A stretch of DNA of 63,102 bases, filler included, from Octopus bimaculoides (GCF_001194135.2; 5 parts of 5 records of this genome joined end to end with filler, not necessarily neighbours in it); one strand, 5' to 3'; counted from the whole stretch's first letter, positions 25,697 through 38,845 are shown. Notes: generated by a model not told the origin, from the sequence alone. Numbers and translations: made by a program.

Positions 25697-26384
25697 GCAT
25701 ACGTATACAACGTGTGTCCTAAAGACATCCAGAGATTTAAATACCTTTCAATCTTCACAACAGGAAAATCTTACATGACTGTCATGAAAGATAGGTTCAA
25801 ATGAGTTCCTCATCACGGGCCAGAAAATAGGGAGCTGGGGGTTTAACTAGTTGAGATAAAAATATCCTTTTACGGGGGTGCAAAATTGGTACTTTCCCGA
25901 ATCTCCATAATTTCTCTTAACCTCTTCAATATCTCCCCTTCTCAGTCTTCCCTCTTCTGTGCCACCTGCACGACCCCAAACACCTTTCTTTTCCTCAATG
26001 ACTCCTTTAGAATTCCTCTCCATCTTTCTCTCTAGCTCCCTTCCTGTCCCCTTTCCCTCACACCTGTTCATACTAATCCCTCATGATATTACCCATAGAC
26101 CTCACTTCCTTACCTCATCAACTTTCCTTCCCTTTTTCTCAACCCTGTCATTAATTTCCTGCCATACTCCCTCATTCTTCTAACCTAGGATCAAATCTAC
26201 CCTTTCTTCCGTTCTCCCTCAGATAGTTTAGGGCCTTTGGCCTTGAAAGTTACAAGGTAATCCTCACTAGTGTTGAATCCCCACCCACTAACACTCTGTA
26301 AGGGGTTTCCGCATCGAGAAGGGCATTCATCCGTAGCAGACAGACACTGGATCATGACTGTGCGTTGGATAGTGGAGGGATAAA

Positions 26385-26402
26385 CAGACACAAACACACA
26401 AA

Positions 26403-26449
<47 letters not shown>

Positions 26450-26850
26450 CAAGCTTCGTTCAGTTTCCGTCTACCAAATCATCGAGGATACAGTAGAAGA
26501 CACTTGCCCAAGGTGCCACGTAGTGGAACTGAACCTAGAACCATGTAGCTGAGAAGCAAGCATCTTACCAGTGTCACGCCTGCGCCTGTACATATCTATT
26601 CTATCGCTCACTTTTGCCCAACCGCTATGTTACGGGAACGTAATGTAAACACACGAACGTCGGTTTTCAAGCGGTGGCGGGACACAAACAAAGACGCAAA
26701 GACACACAAACACACATACATACAAGACGGGTTGCTTTCAGTTTCGTCTGTGACGAGGCTATAGTAGACGACATTTGCTCAAGGTGTCACGCACTGGGGC
26801 TGAACCTGGAGCCATGTGGTTGGGAAGCAAACCACTAACCACACAAACTC
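26385..26850 (-). mobile_element. Two SINE family A copies (about 26385-26587 and 26615-26850)
   Basis: CAGTTTCCGTCTACCAAATC...GACACTTGCCCAAGGTGCCAC...GAACCATG...CACGCCTGCGCCT, followed by a second degenerate copy. Confidence 0.85.
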
Positions 26851-26858
26851 AGTGTGTC

Positions 26859-26909
<51 letters not shown>

Positions 26910-27296
26910 GTGAGCCTTTCCATATGTGACTCACTCCAAGAGAACCAGTATAGATTAGTTTCCATTTCTCCTGAACTTCGAGTTCGAACAGGAGAGATCG
27001 ATATAATGTGAGATACCATAAATGCAACGATAGATACTGATCGATTTAACACATCAAGACTTATAACGAAGCACTGCTCTGCGGAGTACTCAGCCACTTT
27101 GCAGGCGTCGTTAATGAGGAGGAGGTGATCCAGCTGATTGGAAAATCGGCATCGAATATCTATGTTATATACGTGTGGGTGTGAGATGGACCAAGAGTGT
27201 CTGTGTAGGAGATTTTGTAGATCAATTTGAATAAACTCTTAGACCGACAGACAAAGGACAGAGAAAAAAGGAGAAGGAACAGTAGTTTAGAAGTCA

Positions 27297-28047
27297 GGTA
27301 AGAATAAGAAGGTATAAAAAAGGCGAAGGTATAAGAATAAGAAGGTATAAAAATAAGAAGGTATAAGAATAAGAAGGTATAAAAATAAGAATGTATAAGA
27401 ATAAGAAGGTATAAAAAAAGGCGAAAGTATAAGAATAAGAAGGTATAATAATAAGAAGGTATAAAAAAGAATAAAAAGGTATAAAAAAGGCGAAGGTATA
27501 AGAATAAGAAGGTATAAAAAGGCGAAGGTATAAGAATAAGAAGGTATAAAAAGGCGAAGGTATAAGAATAAGAAGGTATAAAAAAGGCGAAGGTATAAGA
27601 ATAAGAAGGTATAATAATAAGAAGGTATAATAATAAGAAGGTATAAAAAAGAATAAGAAGGTATAAAAAAGAATAAGAAGGTATAAAAAAAGGCGAAGGT
27701 ATAAGAATAAGAAGGTATAAAAATAAGAAGGTATAAGAATAAGAAGGTATAAAAAAGAATAAGAAGGTATAAAAAAGGCGAAGGTATAAGAATAAGAAGG
27801 TATAAAAGAATAAGAAGGTATAAAAAAGGCGATGGTATAAGAATAAGAAGGTATAAAAATAAGAAGGTATAAGAATATGAAGGTATAAAAAAGAATAAGA
27901 AAGTATAAAAAAGGTGAAGGTATAAGAATAAGAAGGTATAAAAATAAGAAGGTATAAGAATAAGAAGGTATAAAAAAGGCGATGGTATAAGAATAAGAAG
28001 GTATAATAATAAGAAGGTATAAAAAAGAATAAGACGGTATAAAATAG
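27297..28047. repeat. Minisatellite of 16-17-bp variant units ending in AAGGTAT
   Basis: Units AAGAATAAGAAGGTAT, AAAAAAGGCGAAGGTAT, AAAAATAAGAAGGTAT and AATAATAAGAAGGTAT are interleaved over about 750 bp. The 324-aa minus-strand ORF is only this repeat. Confidence 0.95.
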
Positions 28048-28250
28048 AAGGCGGCGAGCTGGCAGAAACGTTAGCACACTGGGCGAAATGCTTAGCGGTA
28101 TTTCAATTCCGCCGAGGTCGACTTTGCCTTTCATCTTTTCGGGGTTGATGAATTAAGTACCAGTTACGCACTGGGGTCGATGTAATCGATTTAATCCCTT
28201 TGTTTGTCCCCTCTATGTTTAGCCCCTTGTGGGCAATAAAGAAATAAGAA
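28048..28250 (+). mobile_element. SINE family B copy, both ends intact
   Basis: AAGGCGGCGAGCTGGCAGAAACGTTAGCAC...CCCCTTGTGGGCAATAAAGAAATAAGAA, with GGTATAAAA on both flanks. Confidence 0.92.
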
Positions 28251-28309
28251 GGTATAAAAAGGCAGTAAGATATAAAGGAGTACTATGTATATACAATGGC
28301 TCTTCCTAT

Positions 28310-28740
28310 ATGGTTTACTTTTAGGTGAATCGGAGAGTTTGATATTGCTGCCCTCATTTGTGTTTCCTACCTTGATGTAAGAAAATCTAAGATCTGGGAT
28401 AGCATAAGGTCAAGGTGCTTCTTGAAAAGTTCTACCCCAACTTCATGTGAATTTCTCAGGTTTTATGACCAGATATTAAATAGCTGTGGACCTTCGAAGA
28501 CTATACTATGGCAGTACCTGATACTCAATCTAGACAGGACGGGTGCAATCTTTGTGCTAATTCAGTGGTATCCTGTCCGGGTGGTGGTGGTGGTGGTGGG
28601 TGCTATAACCCTCGATGCCGATTTTTGTGTTAGTCCGTCTTGGATCTTCTATATGTGTGTCACGACATAACTCTACCGTCTTTAGTCCAGAAGGTAGAGC
28701 CATAAGCCTTCCAATTTCGCCCTGTAGCTAGAGATCTGAA
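28310..28740 (-). mobile_element. CR1/L2-type LINE ORF2 C-terminal relic
   Basis: The minus frame reads YCHSIVFEGPQLFNIWS*NLRNSHEVGVELFKKHLDLMLSQI...RAAISNS, matching the GPxLFNxLP...FKxxLD...RAAxSNS pattern typical of these ORF2 ends. Confidence 0.75.
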
Positions 28741-29360
28741 ATTAATTCTATACGAATAAGGTTGCGAAACGGTCGTAATCTATTTAGGCCACGTGAATAA
28801 GTGAATAAATATATATTCACCTTTCATACCTCCTTACTTTTTGTAGATTATATATTTATTACGCTTTTATAAGAATAACGGTCGCAGTCTCTTCAGATAT
28901 ATATATATATAAAGTGTATATTTGTATCAGATACTGAATACAAACATTCAAAGAAATTTACTTTAACTGGAACAAATTGGACGAAGATACTACGGGCGTG
29001 TATATACATACGCACACACATACACACACGCTTGTGGGTGTATTTTCTACCTTTTATCTTTTACTCATTTCAGTCATTAGATTGCGGCCATGCTGGAACA
29101 TATATAAATGTATATGTGTGTGTGTGTGTGTGCGTGTACTAAAACAGGAGATTGGAAACTTTTTGGGTATTTCCCAATCACAAAAGAATTTTATCGCTCG
29201 GATTTTCCTGGCTTTTCAGTTCCAAGGACATTACACTTCTTTGTAATTGATAACTATGTGAACTGATAACCAAATCTGTAAGAGGATCTTACTGTGATAG
29301 CCACACGATTCTATGAATCTATATCCTATACTATTCATTTATATATATATATATGTGTGT

Positions 29361-29407
<47 letters not shown>

Positions 29408-30375
29408 CACAAACACACTCATGTATGTATTACATATGCATATCTCTATACAAATACACACACACATACACACAGAGGTATACGTGTATAAGAATTGTAA
29501 AAGAATGAATTTCTTACATCTTTGAAATCCATTCCATCTCCAAGATCTTAACCTTCAAATAGGTCCATGGACAGTTTATCTTTCATTTGTTTCATTTATT
29601 ATCTGCTTATTTCATAATTCCAGATCCGTATGTAGATGTTATATTTGCATGAGGTACCAAAGGAGTTGAACAAGGAAAAAAAAGAAAGAAAAAAGAAAAG
29701 AAAANNNNNNNNNNNNNNNNNNNNNNNNNNNNNNNNNNNNNNNNNNNNNNNNNNNNNNNNNNNNNNNNNNNNNNNNNNNNNNNNNNNNNNNNNNNNNNNN
29801 NNNNNNNNNNNNNNNNNNNNNNNNNNNNNNNNNNNNNNNNNNNNNNNNNNNNNNNNNNNNNNNNNNNNNNNNNNNNNNNNNNNNNNNNNNNNNNNNNNNN
29901 NNNNNNNNNNNNNNNNNNNNNNNNNNNNNNNNNNNNNNNNNNNNNNNNNNNNNNNNNNNNNNNNNNNNNNNNNNNNNNNNNNNNNNNNNNNNNNNNNNNN
30001 NNNNNNNNNNNNNNNNNNNNNNNNNNNNNNNNNNNNNNNNNNNNNNNNNNNNNNNNNNNNNNNNNNNNNNNNNNNNNNNNNNNNNNNNNNNNNNNNNNNN
30101 NNNNNNNNNNNNNNNNNNNNNNNNNNNNNNNNNNNNNNNNNNNNNNNNNNNNNNNNNNNNNNNNNNNNNNNNNNNNNNNNNNNNNNNNNNNNNNNNNNNN
30201 NNNNNNNNNNNNNNNNNNNNNNNNNNNNNNNNNNNNNNNNNNNNNNNNNNNNNNNNNNNNNNNNNNNNNNACTTACCATAAAAACAAACAATGTGTATGT
30301 ATGTATGTATGTATGTATGTATGTATATATATATATATATATACACACACACAATATACAGTCAGTAGCTATATA

Positions 30376-30412
<37 letters not shown>

Positions 30413-30469
30413 TGTATGTATGTATGTATGTATGTATGTATGTGCGTGTACCTATGCGAAATATATATA

Positions 30470-30640
30470 TACTAGTATTATAACCCGATTTCATTCGGGT
30501 TTACTCGGGTCACATTTTAAAGATGAGGAATTTTGCCCTAGAGGCCACGCCTTTCAATTGTGCAAACTCAAAGTTGCCATGCAAACTCCCCAGCACTTTT
30601 GAAATAGGTGTGCAAATTTTCAGTTCATTCCGCCCACGTT
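30470..30640 (+). mobile_element. Possible Helitron/Helentron-type non-autonomous relic
   Basis: Begins TACTAGT-ATTATA-ACCCG...CGGGT, an ACTAG plus short subterminal inverted repeat typical of such 5' ends. The 3' end was not confirmed. Confidence 0.35.
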
Positions 30641-30867
30641 TACTAACACTGTTGCCTGTACAACTGCTTGAGAGATAATGTCCTCTCTTATCACAAATGT
30701 ACAGTAGATAATATAGGAACAAGTCCCGTTGAAGAAGCCATCGGACGAACATCAAATCCCAGTGTAATTGTATTTTACAATTAAATTTGATTCCATTTTG
30801 AGTCTGCCCTTTACTAAATATCTTAAAGTTAGCCTTAAACTTGCTTTAAAACAACAAAATAAATTTA

Positions 30868-30902
<35 letters not shown>

Positions 30903-31002
30903 NNNNNNNNNNNNNNNNNNNNNNNNNNNNNNNNNNNNNNNNNNNNTTAATTAATTAANNNNNNNNNNNNNNNNNNNNNNNNNNNNNNNNNNNNNNNNNN
31001 NN
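30903..31002. other. Artificial scaffold spacer N44-TTAATTAATTAA-N44
   Basis: Same construct as at 22009. Confidence 0.95.
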
Positions 31003-31033
<31 letters not shown>

Positions 31034-31184
31034 TGCACGAGTGATTGGTTCTGTAATTGATTTAGAACTTGCATTTAGCAAGAGTCGAAACAGAATCGCA
31101 ATTTGTGCTTCTCACCACTGTGTATAGCAAAACTATGAAATTTTAGCCGAAATGTCTGGCCTTGTGCTAAAATTCGAACTGTGT

Positions 31185-31400
31185 AAGACAATGAGCAGGC
31201 GGAATTGTTAGACAGACAAAATGTTTAGCGGCATTTCGTGTGTCTTCACGTTCTGAGTTCAAATCCCACCGAGGTCGACTTTGCCTTTCACCCTTCGAGG
31301 TCGATAAAATAAGTACGAATTATTGAGCACTGGAGTCGATGTAACCCACTTAGCCCCTGCACCAAAATTGGTGGCCTTGTGTCAAAATTTGAAACCAATG
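31185..31400 (+). mobile_element. SINE family B copy
   Basis: CTTCACGTTCTGAGTTCAAATCCCACCGAGGTCGACTTTGCC...GTCAAAATTTGAAACCAAT. Confidence 0.85.
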
Positions 31401-31889
31401 TTTGACCTAAGATTTATATTCCAACGTAAGATTTTTGTTACCATTCAAACTATACAAAATATCCAACCACTTTAAATTTCAGTGCCACTGTTTCTATCAC
31501 GTGTGTTTGCTTAGCTGTTTAACAGCTTAACTAATCAACGTTGATAGAGCAAACCTATAATAAAATACATACCAAACATTAACATCTCGTCTTTTCAGGT
31601 GTACCATTGACATTATCCAAAGTGCCTCTTGCTATTTTTTTAAGCCAGCGGAGTCTCCTTTGAAGGTTATTTAATTGTACTTCTTCTTGGTTGAGCGATT
31701 ACATAGAGACTGCAAGATTGGTCGCTGTGGTTTCTCGTTTATTGTTGAATTTATGAAGAATAAATATTTAATAATCAATCATTTCTAGAACATTTTCGAA
31801 ATTTTTATTTTGATATTAATTACTCTAGGTTAGCTACGGTCATACGAAAATTGGAATTAGCAATAACGAAAAGCGAAATTTGATTCAAA

Positions 31890-32098
31890 TACAGAGTGCG
31901 GCAAAAAAAATCTCCACTCGCCGACTGAAGCAAAACTTCACCTATCAACTACAACAGTGTATTGTGATTAGATGCCATCTTTTGAAGGACTTCGTTTTCT
32001 AAACCAATATGAAACAAACTGTGTCCCTTAATGTTATTAAAACATATCTTGAATAATATTTAACTTGAACGTTACTAGGGGTTTTGCCGCACCTTGTA
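31890..32098. mobile_element. Tc1/mariner-type MITE (~210 bp)
   Basis: The left end is TA-CAGAGTGCGGCAAAA and the right end (reverse complement) is TA-CAAGGTGCGGCAAAA: TA flanks and 15-bp TIRs with 2 mismatches. Confidence 0.7.
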
Positions 32099-32478
32099 TG
32101 TTGATATACAAAGCTGCAAAGCAATACAGTTAATATTATTTATTAGTAACTGTAATTGTTAATTCGACTGTTATTTATTTTATTTAGTAAAAAGGCAATG
32201 TTGCTTTCACGAGGATTTGAACTCAGAGTGTTTAAGCGACGGTACTAAATATTGAAGGTAATTTTTCGGTTGCTCTAATGATTCAGCCATCTATCACAAA
32301 AACGAAAATAAAATAATGATGGTAAATAATTCAGAAAGTAAGATACTTCAGACGCATTTAATGAATTTTCACTTTGCTTGACATACTGACAATATTCATA
32401 GAAAATCTGCGCTTGATCAGTATTTATCAAACCCTAAACATTTGTATTGACACATACACACTCAACTACACAAAATCC

Positions 32479-32546
<68 letters not shown>

Positions 32547-32989
32547 TTCCCTATCTATCTATCTATCTATCTATCTATCTCCCTCTCTCTCTCTTTCCCA
32601 CGAACACTTGAACACTTCTACAATTTCTGAATGTCAATATCGACAACCCTGGTTGACATGTGAGTTAGACAAACGTTTTCTATTTTATTGGCTTATTAAG
32701 TCACTGTTGATTCTATGGAATATTAGTCACAATTTCGCATCGCCTTAATTTTTCATTTATACTGTTTTCAGCACACAAAAGCCAAAATTTTGTGAGAAAA
32801 TTTGTTGTTGCTTGAATCAAATGAAATAAAATCAACGCTGACCGAAGGGCAAATTTAACATCTAGTGGAACGACACGAGTCTCAATACAAGAATAAATAG
32901 TCGTTAACTTATTTGATGTCGTCAGCATTAAAAAGCTTACAAAAATAATTATATGGTAAAGAGAAAGCAACTTTAGTCGATGACTGATA

Positions 32990-33165
32990 TTATTATAACA
33001 CTCCGGGTAAAATACTTAGAGGCAATTCGTCCGTCTTTACATTCTGAGTTCAAATTCCGAAGTGCTTGGCTTTGCCTAGCATCCTTTCGGGACCGATAAG
33101 ATAAGTACCATTTGAACACTGGGGTCGATGTAATTGCTGGTCTTGTGCCAAAATTTGAAACCAAT
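32990..33165 (+). mobile_element. SINE family B copy
   Basis: TCGTCCGTCTTTACATTCTGAGTTCAAATTCCG...TAAGTACCATTTGAACACTGGGGTCGATG. Confidence 0.8.
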
Positions 33166-33911
33166 GTTGTAGTTGTTTCAACAAGTACAGGAGACAACTC
33201 TTACCATATTTTAATCCTAATATGACCACATCAGAGAAGCATAGATTCCACTATGCTAATTGAAGTAGTGACTAATTATTTGCTAAATAAATATGCAAAT
33301 TGTATTTTTGTTAGTGATGACAAACAGAATTGTTAAGAGAATAAATAACTCGGAGACATGTTCTACAGCAAAAGTAAAAGATAAGATAATATTAACTAAG
33401 TGTAATCATAAACTTCTAACCTGTTAAACTACTGACAATCACAAGTCCATTTTAATTAACTCCTATCTAAATTTCAGCACTGATTCTAATCCTTCTTTCG
33501 ACATGAATAAATACGTTTAAGATCGAAAAGAGTAATTAAAGAAAACATATTAATTGAGGCATATTGTCTGAAAAAAAATCACCTGAGAGGCGTGGGTAGT
33601 TTCAACACATTTAATCATAGCTCATTCAGAGTTTATGTGAGATCTAACCACCGTTGTTATTAGTACTACCGCAACTACTACTATTATTACTATTCTTACT
33701 ACTGCCATCACCAACACAACCACCCACATCACTACCAAAACCGTTACTTTTGTATAATGGTAATGAAAATTTCCATCTCCAAAACAATTTCTTCAGTCGT
33801 TCAGTTTAGTTTCTCGAGTTAAAATACTTTTTTTTATAGATTCAAATTACGACAAACGTAAATAAACAAACGAAGTTTGCTTTTAGAAGCGTTGAGATGT
33901 CTTTAGAAAGT

Positions 33912-34060
33912 TTAAAGAAGTGATTTTAAATTCTCAATCGCAGAATAAAGTCCACAGCTAGCCACCTACACTTTTCTCTGCAAAATAAGGGTAGTTTATC
34001 CTGTTCAGGCTATATTATTAGCATTATTCTGCGATTGAGAATTTAAAATCACTTCTTTAA
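33912..34060. repeat. Perfect 37-bp inverted repeat with 75-bp spacer
   Basis: TTAAAGAAGTGATTTTAAATTCTCAATCGCAGAATAA (33912-33948) and its exact reverse complement (34024-34060). Confidence 0.95.
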
Positions 34061-34069
34061 CTTTTTTTT

Positions 34070-34330
34070 ATATTTCTGGGCTGTTTTCTCCTAAAAGCAT
34101 TAGAGTGTTTTTCTAATGTGACCAAGGAAAAATATCTCCATAAAAGAGTTTCTGCTAAATACAAGTACGATAGATTCTCGTGAAGTAAAAAACTTAAAAC
34201 CAGATTATCAGCGCGATTATTATACAAAACGCCCTCGGAGAACTATTGCCTAATAATTGTTAAAAATCTTAAATTAACCGGTAAGGAAGAGAACCCCAAC
34301 AAAATATACATTGGCACAATTATAAGAGTT
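34070..34330 (+). mobile_element. Highly decayed Penelope-like GIY-YIG fragment
   Basis: LFSPKSIRVFF...ENYCLIIVKNLKLTGKEENPNKIYIGT resembles the PLE linker and KIYIG region. Confidence 0.35.
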
Positions 34331-34533
34331 CGGTATTTCTCCGGTTCAATATGTTCTACGTTCAAATCCACAGTCAACTCTGCTCTTCGTCTTTTCTGAA
34401 TCGATAAAATAAATTACCAGTCAAGAATTAGGGGCCGACATAATCGATTAATCCATCTTCTCAAAATTACTACCCTTTTACCAAAATTAGAAACATTTCT
34501 GTACATATTTCCTCTGAGATATTTTACCTTAGC

Positions 34534-34584
<51 letters not shown>

Positions 34585-34878
34585 NNNNNNNNNNNNNNNN
34601 NNNNNNNNNNNNNNNNNNNNNNNNNNNNNNNNNNNNNNNNNNNNNNNNNNNNNNNNNNNNNNNNNNNNNNNNNNNNNNNNNNNNNNNNNNNNNNNNNNNN
34701 NNNNNNNNNNNNNNNNNNNNNNNNNNNNNNNNNNNNNNNNNNNNNNNNNNNNNNNNNNNNNNNNNNNNNNNNNNNNNNNNNNNNNNNNNNNNNNNNNNNN
34801 NNNNNNNNNNNNNNNNNNNNNNNNNNNNNNNNNNNNNNNNNNNNNNNNNNNNNNNNNNNNNNNNNNNNNNNNNNNNNN

Positions 34879-34916
<38 letters not shown>

Positions 34917-34918
<2 letters not shown>

Positions 34919-35081
34919 GACGGGTTTCTTTCAGTTTCCGTCAACCAAATCCACTCACAAGGCTTTGTTTGGCCCGAGGCTATAGTAGAAGACACTTTCC
35001 CAAGGTGCTACGCAGTGGGACTGAACCTGGAACCATGTGATTCGTAAGCAAGCAACTTGCCACACAGCCACTCCTACGCCT
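34917..35081 (-). mobile_element. SINE family A, 5' half
   Basis: CGACGGGTTTCTTTCAGTTTCCG...GGGACTGAACCTGGAACCATG...CACACAGCCACTCCTACGCCT. Confidence 0.92.
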
Positions 35082-36368
35082 GAAAAACTTATGAACAATT
35101 TCAATCGATTTTCAACCCTTATTGGAGTCTCGTTACAGGTATCTACATCATTTCACCGACCTCAGAGAGACAAGTAGCCAATTTGTTTATATGTTCAACA
35201 AATCTAATAGCTTCAGAGAACTGAACATAAGTGTTGAACATAAGTGTTCAACGCTTTATTTAATATCAGTGGCGTGTCACAAAGTATCAAGATATATATT
35301 ATGTATAAAACTAAGTAGTAGACATATAATCATGGAAAATTTAACTATTTCTCGGAAGATTGAAAAATTGATGAACAGCTTTTATATCCTGGTATTGGAT
35401 ATATAATTTATCGAAGCAGTGGGAAAGGAAGTATTTACACGATGCACTACTATTACCATTATACGAGACTCAACGCTCTATATGAACGCCTCACAGTGAA
35501 CTGCTTACCAACCCGAACTACCAATCGCTCACAGTTCTTTACTTTATAACGAGACAGTCCACTTTTAGTAACTTGAGAGGTGATGGGAATCCTTCCACAA
35601 CAACAGCCTTAATCGATTTTCAACTCTTGTTGAATTCTCAACAGTGGTACCTATTTCGCTTGACCAATCCCAGAGAAATCAACAGCCGTAATAAAACCAA
35701 AACATGTCCTCTGCTTTCGCTAGCTGACTTAAAGACCAGAGCCACTCCGCTTTTGCATACTGTATACTGTCAAAAAATTTCAATTAGTTTTATTTAAATT
35801 GTTCCTCTTGCCCGTTGATTCATATACAATGTCAGTCGAAGTTATTCAACTCCATATATTTCATGTGTATTAAATATTTCATTTGTTGTCCGATCTCGTT
35901 TAGCATGATTTCCTTAGCTTTGTAAGGTATCTGTTTACTTTCATTAACAGTCATGTATATCACGTCAGCTGTGATCAAACATATATATATTCAAAGCACT
36001 TTTCAGACAGTAATCATGTGAGATTTCTATCTTTCATTAATTTCTTTATGTAGTGTATCTGGGATCACATAATGTATATCATACTCTTTTTAAGATATAA
36101 AATAGTTATAGCTGCTTTTTCTAGCAAACCATGTGGTCGTGTGGGAGGCCCTGTGGTTAGGGTAGGCTTCAATTACAGAATTCAATTATGACTACGCTTT
36201 TACTTTGTAGCTAATTACAATTATAATAATTGCGCTTTAAAGACAATTTCATATTAGCTTTCAGATTTAACTCCGAAGAACCAACTTCATGACTGCCAGC
36301 TCGGAATATTTTTTAATTGCTTAAAAATCTGAAATTAAACAATGGTCTGTTTTTGCTTTTGCTTTTAT

Positions 36369-36399
<31 letters not shown>

Positions 36400-37696
36400 N
36401 NNNNNNNNNNNNNNNNNNNNNNNNNNNNNNNNNNNNNNNNNNNNNNNNNNNNNNNNNNNNNNNNNNNNNNNNNNNNNNNNNNNNNNNNNNNNNNNNNNNN
36501 NNNNNNNNNNNNNNNNNNNNNNNNNNNNNNNNNNNNNNNNNNNNNNNNNNNNNNNNNNNNNNNNNNNNNNNNNNNNNNNNNNNNNNNNNNNNNNNNNNNN
36601 NNNNNNNNNNNNNNNNNNNNNNNNNNNNNNNNNNNNNNNNNNNNNNNNNNNNNNNNNNNNNNNNNNNNNNNNNNNNNNNNNNNNNNNNNNNNNNNNNNNN
36701 NNNNNNNNNNNNNNNNNNNNNNNNNNNNNNNNNNNNNNNNNNNNNNNNNNNNNNNNNNNNNNNNNNNNNNNNNNNNNNNNNNNNNNNNNNNNNNNNNNNN
36801 NNNNNNNNNNNNNNNNNNNNNNNNNNNNNNNNNNNNNNNNNNNNNNNNNNNNNNNNNNNNNNNNNNNNNNNNNNNNNNNNNNNNNNNNNNNNNNNNNNNN
36901 NNNNNNNNNNNNNNNNNNNNNNNNNNNNNNNNNNNNNNNNNNNNNNNNNNNNNNNNNNNNNNNNNNNNNNNNNNNNNNNNNNNNNNNNNNNNNNNNNNNN
37001 NNNNNNNNNNNNNNNNNNNNNNNNNNNNNNNNNNNNNNNNNNNNNNNNNNNNNNNNNNNNNNNNNNNNNNNNNNNNNNNNNNNNNNNNNNNNNNNNNNNN
37101 NNNNNNNNNNNNNNNNNNNATATATATACAGCCCTGATGCAATTGAACGAGTAAAGCGGTCAAGCATAACCCTTGTCCCTGTATAACATTGACGCACTTG
37201 TGAATAGCAGCCGCATAGAAGCCATTTTGTCCATTCTACAGAATAGGTGTGGGCAAGTAAAACTTAAAAATTACTGAATCACGAAACACTTCAATTTGAA
37301 TAATAACATTCTCTTTACTTAACATTCTATATTTATATAACATAATGCGTGTGATTGTATGCGTACGTGTTTAGAGAGGGTGGGGAGTGAGCGACTGACA
37401 GAGAGAGATTTTAGTTGGTGGCGTGTTCGGGTGTACTTGGCATTTGCCGGTTTCATTCTTGGATTTGTTTCCGGGAATTGCAAGTTCCGTTGCGAAAAGG
37501 GAATCTCATTGAGCAGCAGTAATTATGGCAGAACAATATATATCCACGTTATTTGACACACATTTATTGAAGATACGAACAGAAAAAGGCAGATAGACAA
37601 ATATACAGATATACTGAGTGTGTATATGTGTGTGTGAGCGTATCATATGCGTGTGGTGCTGTACACACACATACACACACGCGCGCACACATCTAG

Positions 37697-37732
<36 letters not shown>

Positions 37733-38177
37733 CAGTGGATAAGAAATATCAAACGCGAAATATAGTTGGTGATGAATAACGAGGAACTATGGTTTAGTTA
37801 AAGATAAATTGACAACGAGGAACAATGAGATGTGTGCGTATGTATGTACGTGTGCGGGTATATCTGTGTACATTTGTATGCGTATGCGTGTGTAATTTGT
37901 GTTTTTGTTTCTTGTAAAATAAGTGAAAGAATAACAAGAGCCTGAGGGATGTGTGTGCATGTGAAGGGCGTGTCTGCATGTGTGTGTGCGTGTGTATTGA
38001 GAACGACAATTGGGGTTAAAAATGGATAGCGGATGGAGAGAGACGAACAAAAAAAAGGGGGGAAAAGGTCAGACAAAATGAAATGCAAAGAGAAAAATAG
38101 AAATGAGAGGACGAAGGTTAGAGATGGTAGAAAGTAGGGATAAAACAAAAGAAAATAGTAAAAAACAAAAAAAACAC

Positions 38178-38229
<52 letters not shown>

Positions 38230-38559
38230 TATAGTGATAAACCACGGTTATAAAAATAAAAAAGAACTGTAATGGCGGTTAGGGAGATAGATATTTCGTG
38301 TGAACAGAACATAAGGAAGAAAATATTCAATAGATTTACAGCCGTTCGTTGACTTTTATTTTAACATTTTATATTTTTTTCCCCAGAAACTTTCCCTGGT
38401 AGATATGTAACCTTAGATAATGGTTGATAACACAAGGAAAAATTTAAGTAAGCATAAAATATTAATATTATTTTTGGCAACGAAACAAAAGAAAATTACC
38501 TGTGGTGTTTTAATATTATATGAAAGCGAAATCTGCATTTCTATTTTATCTTCACTATA

Positions 38560-38765
38560 ATGTGGCAGAATCGTTGGCACAACCGATAAAAGCTTAGCGG
38601 CATTTCATCCGTCTCTTCGTTCTGAATTCAAATTTTCCACCTAGCACGATTTTACTTTCCATCCTTTTGAGGTCGATGAAAGGAGCACGAGTTGAGCACT
38701 AGGGTGGATGTAATCGTCTTACTCCTTCCCCGAACTTGCAGGCCTTGTGCCAAACTTTTCAATCA
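38560..38765 (+). mobile_element. SINE family B copy
   Basis: TGGCAGAATCGTTGGCAC...GCTTAGCGGCATTTC...TTCTGAATTCAAATT...GAGCACTAGGGTGGATG. Confidence 0.8.
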
Positions 38766-38845
38766 ATATTATATGAAAGTGAAACTTGCATTTTTTTACA
38801 TTATTTACATTTCACAGATATTTGTCCTCATCTTGTTTGTTGTTA

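Noticed and set aside
22758-25778. Long ORFs of 220-500 aa, and similar ones at 1195, 7049, 29599, 36313, 38786, 45766 and 51703
   Set aside because: They consist of N gaps plus (TA)n, (GATA)n or (CA)n translations and are not genes.
27297-28047. CRISPR-like appearance of a regularly spaced repeat
   Set aside because: There are no unique spacers or cas genes, and the context is eukaryotic.
27160-28134. 324-aa hydrophobic F/Y/L ORF on the minus strand
   Set aside because: It is the antisense read-through of the stop-free minisatellite plus a SINE.
35480-35800. Protein-like frames on both strands (YAKAEWLWSLSQLAKAEDMF...)
   Set aside because: Interrupted by stops, with no recognisable domain and no consistent splice sites.
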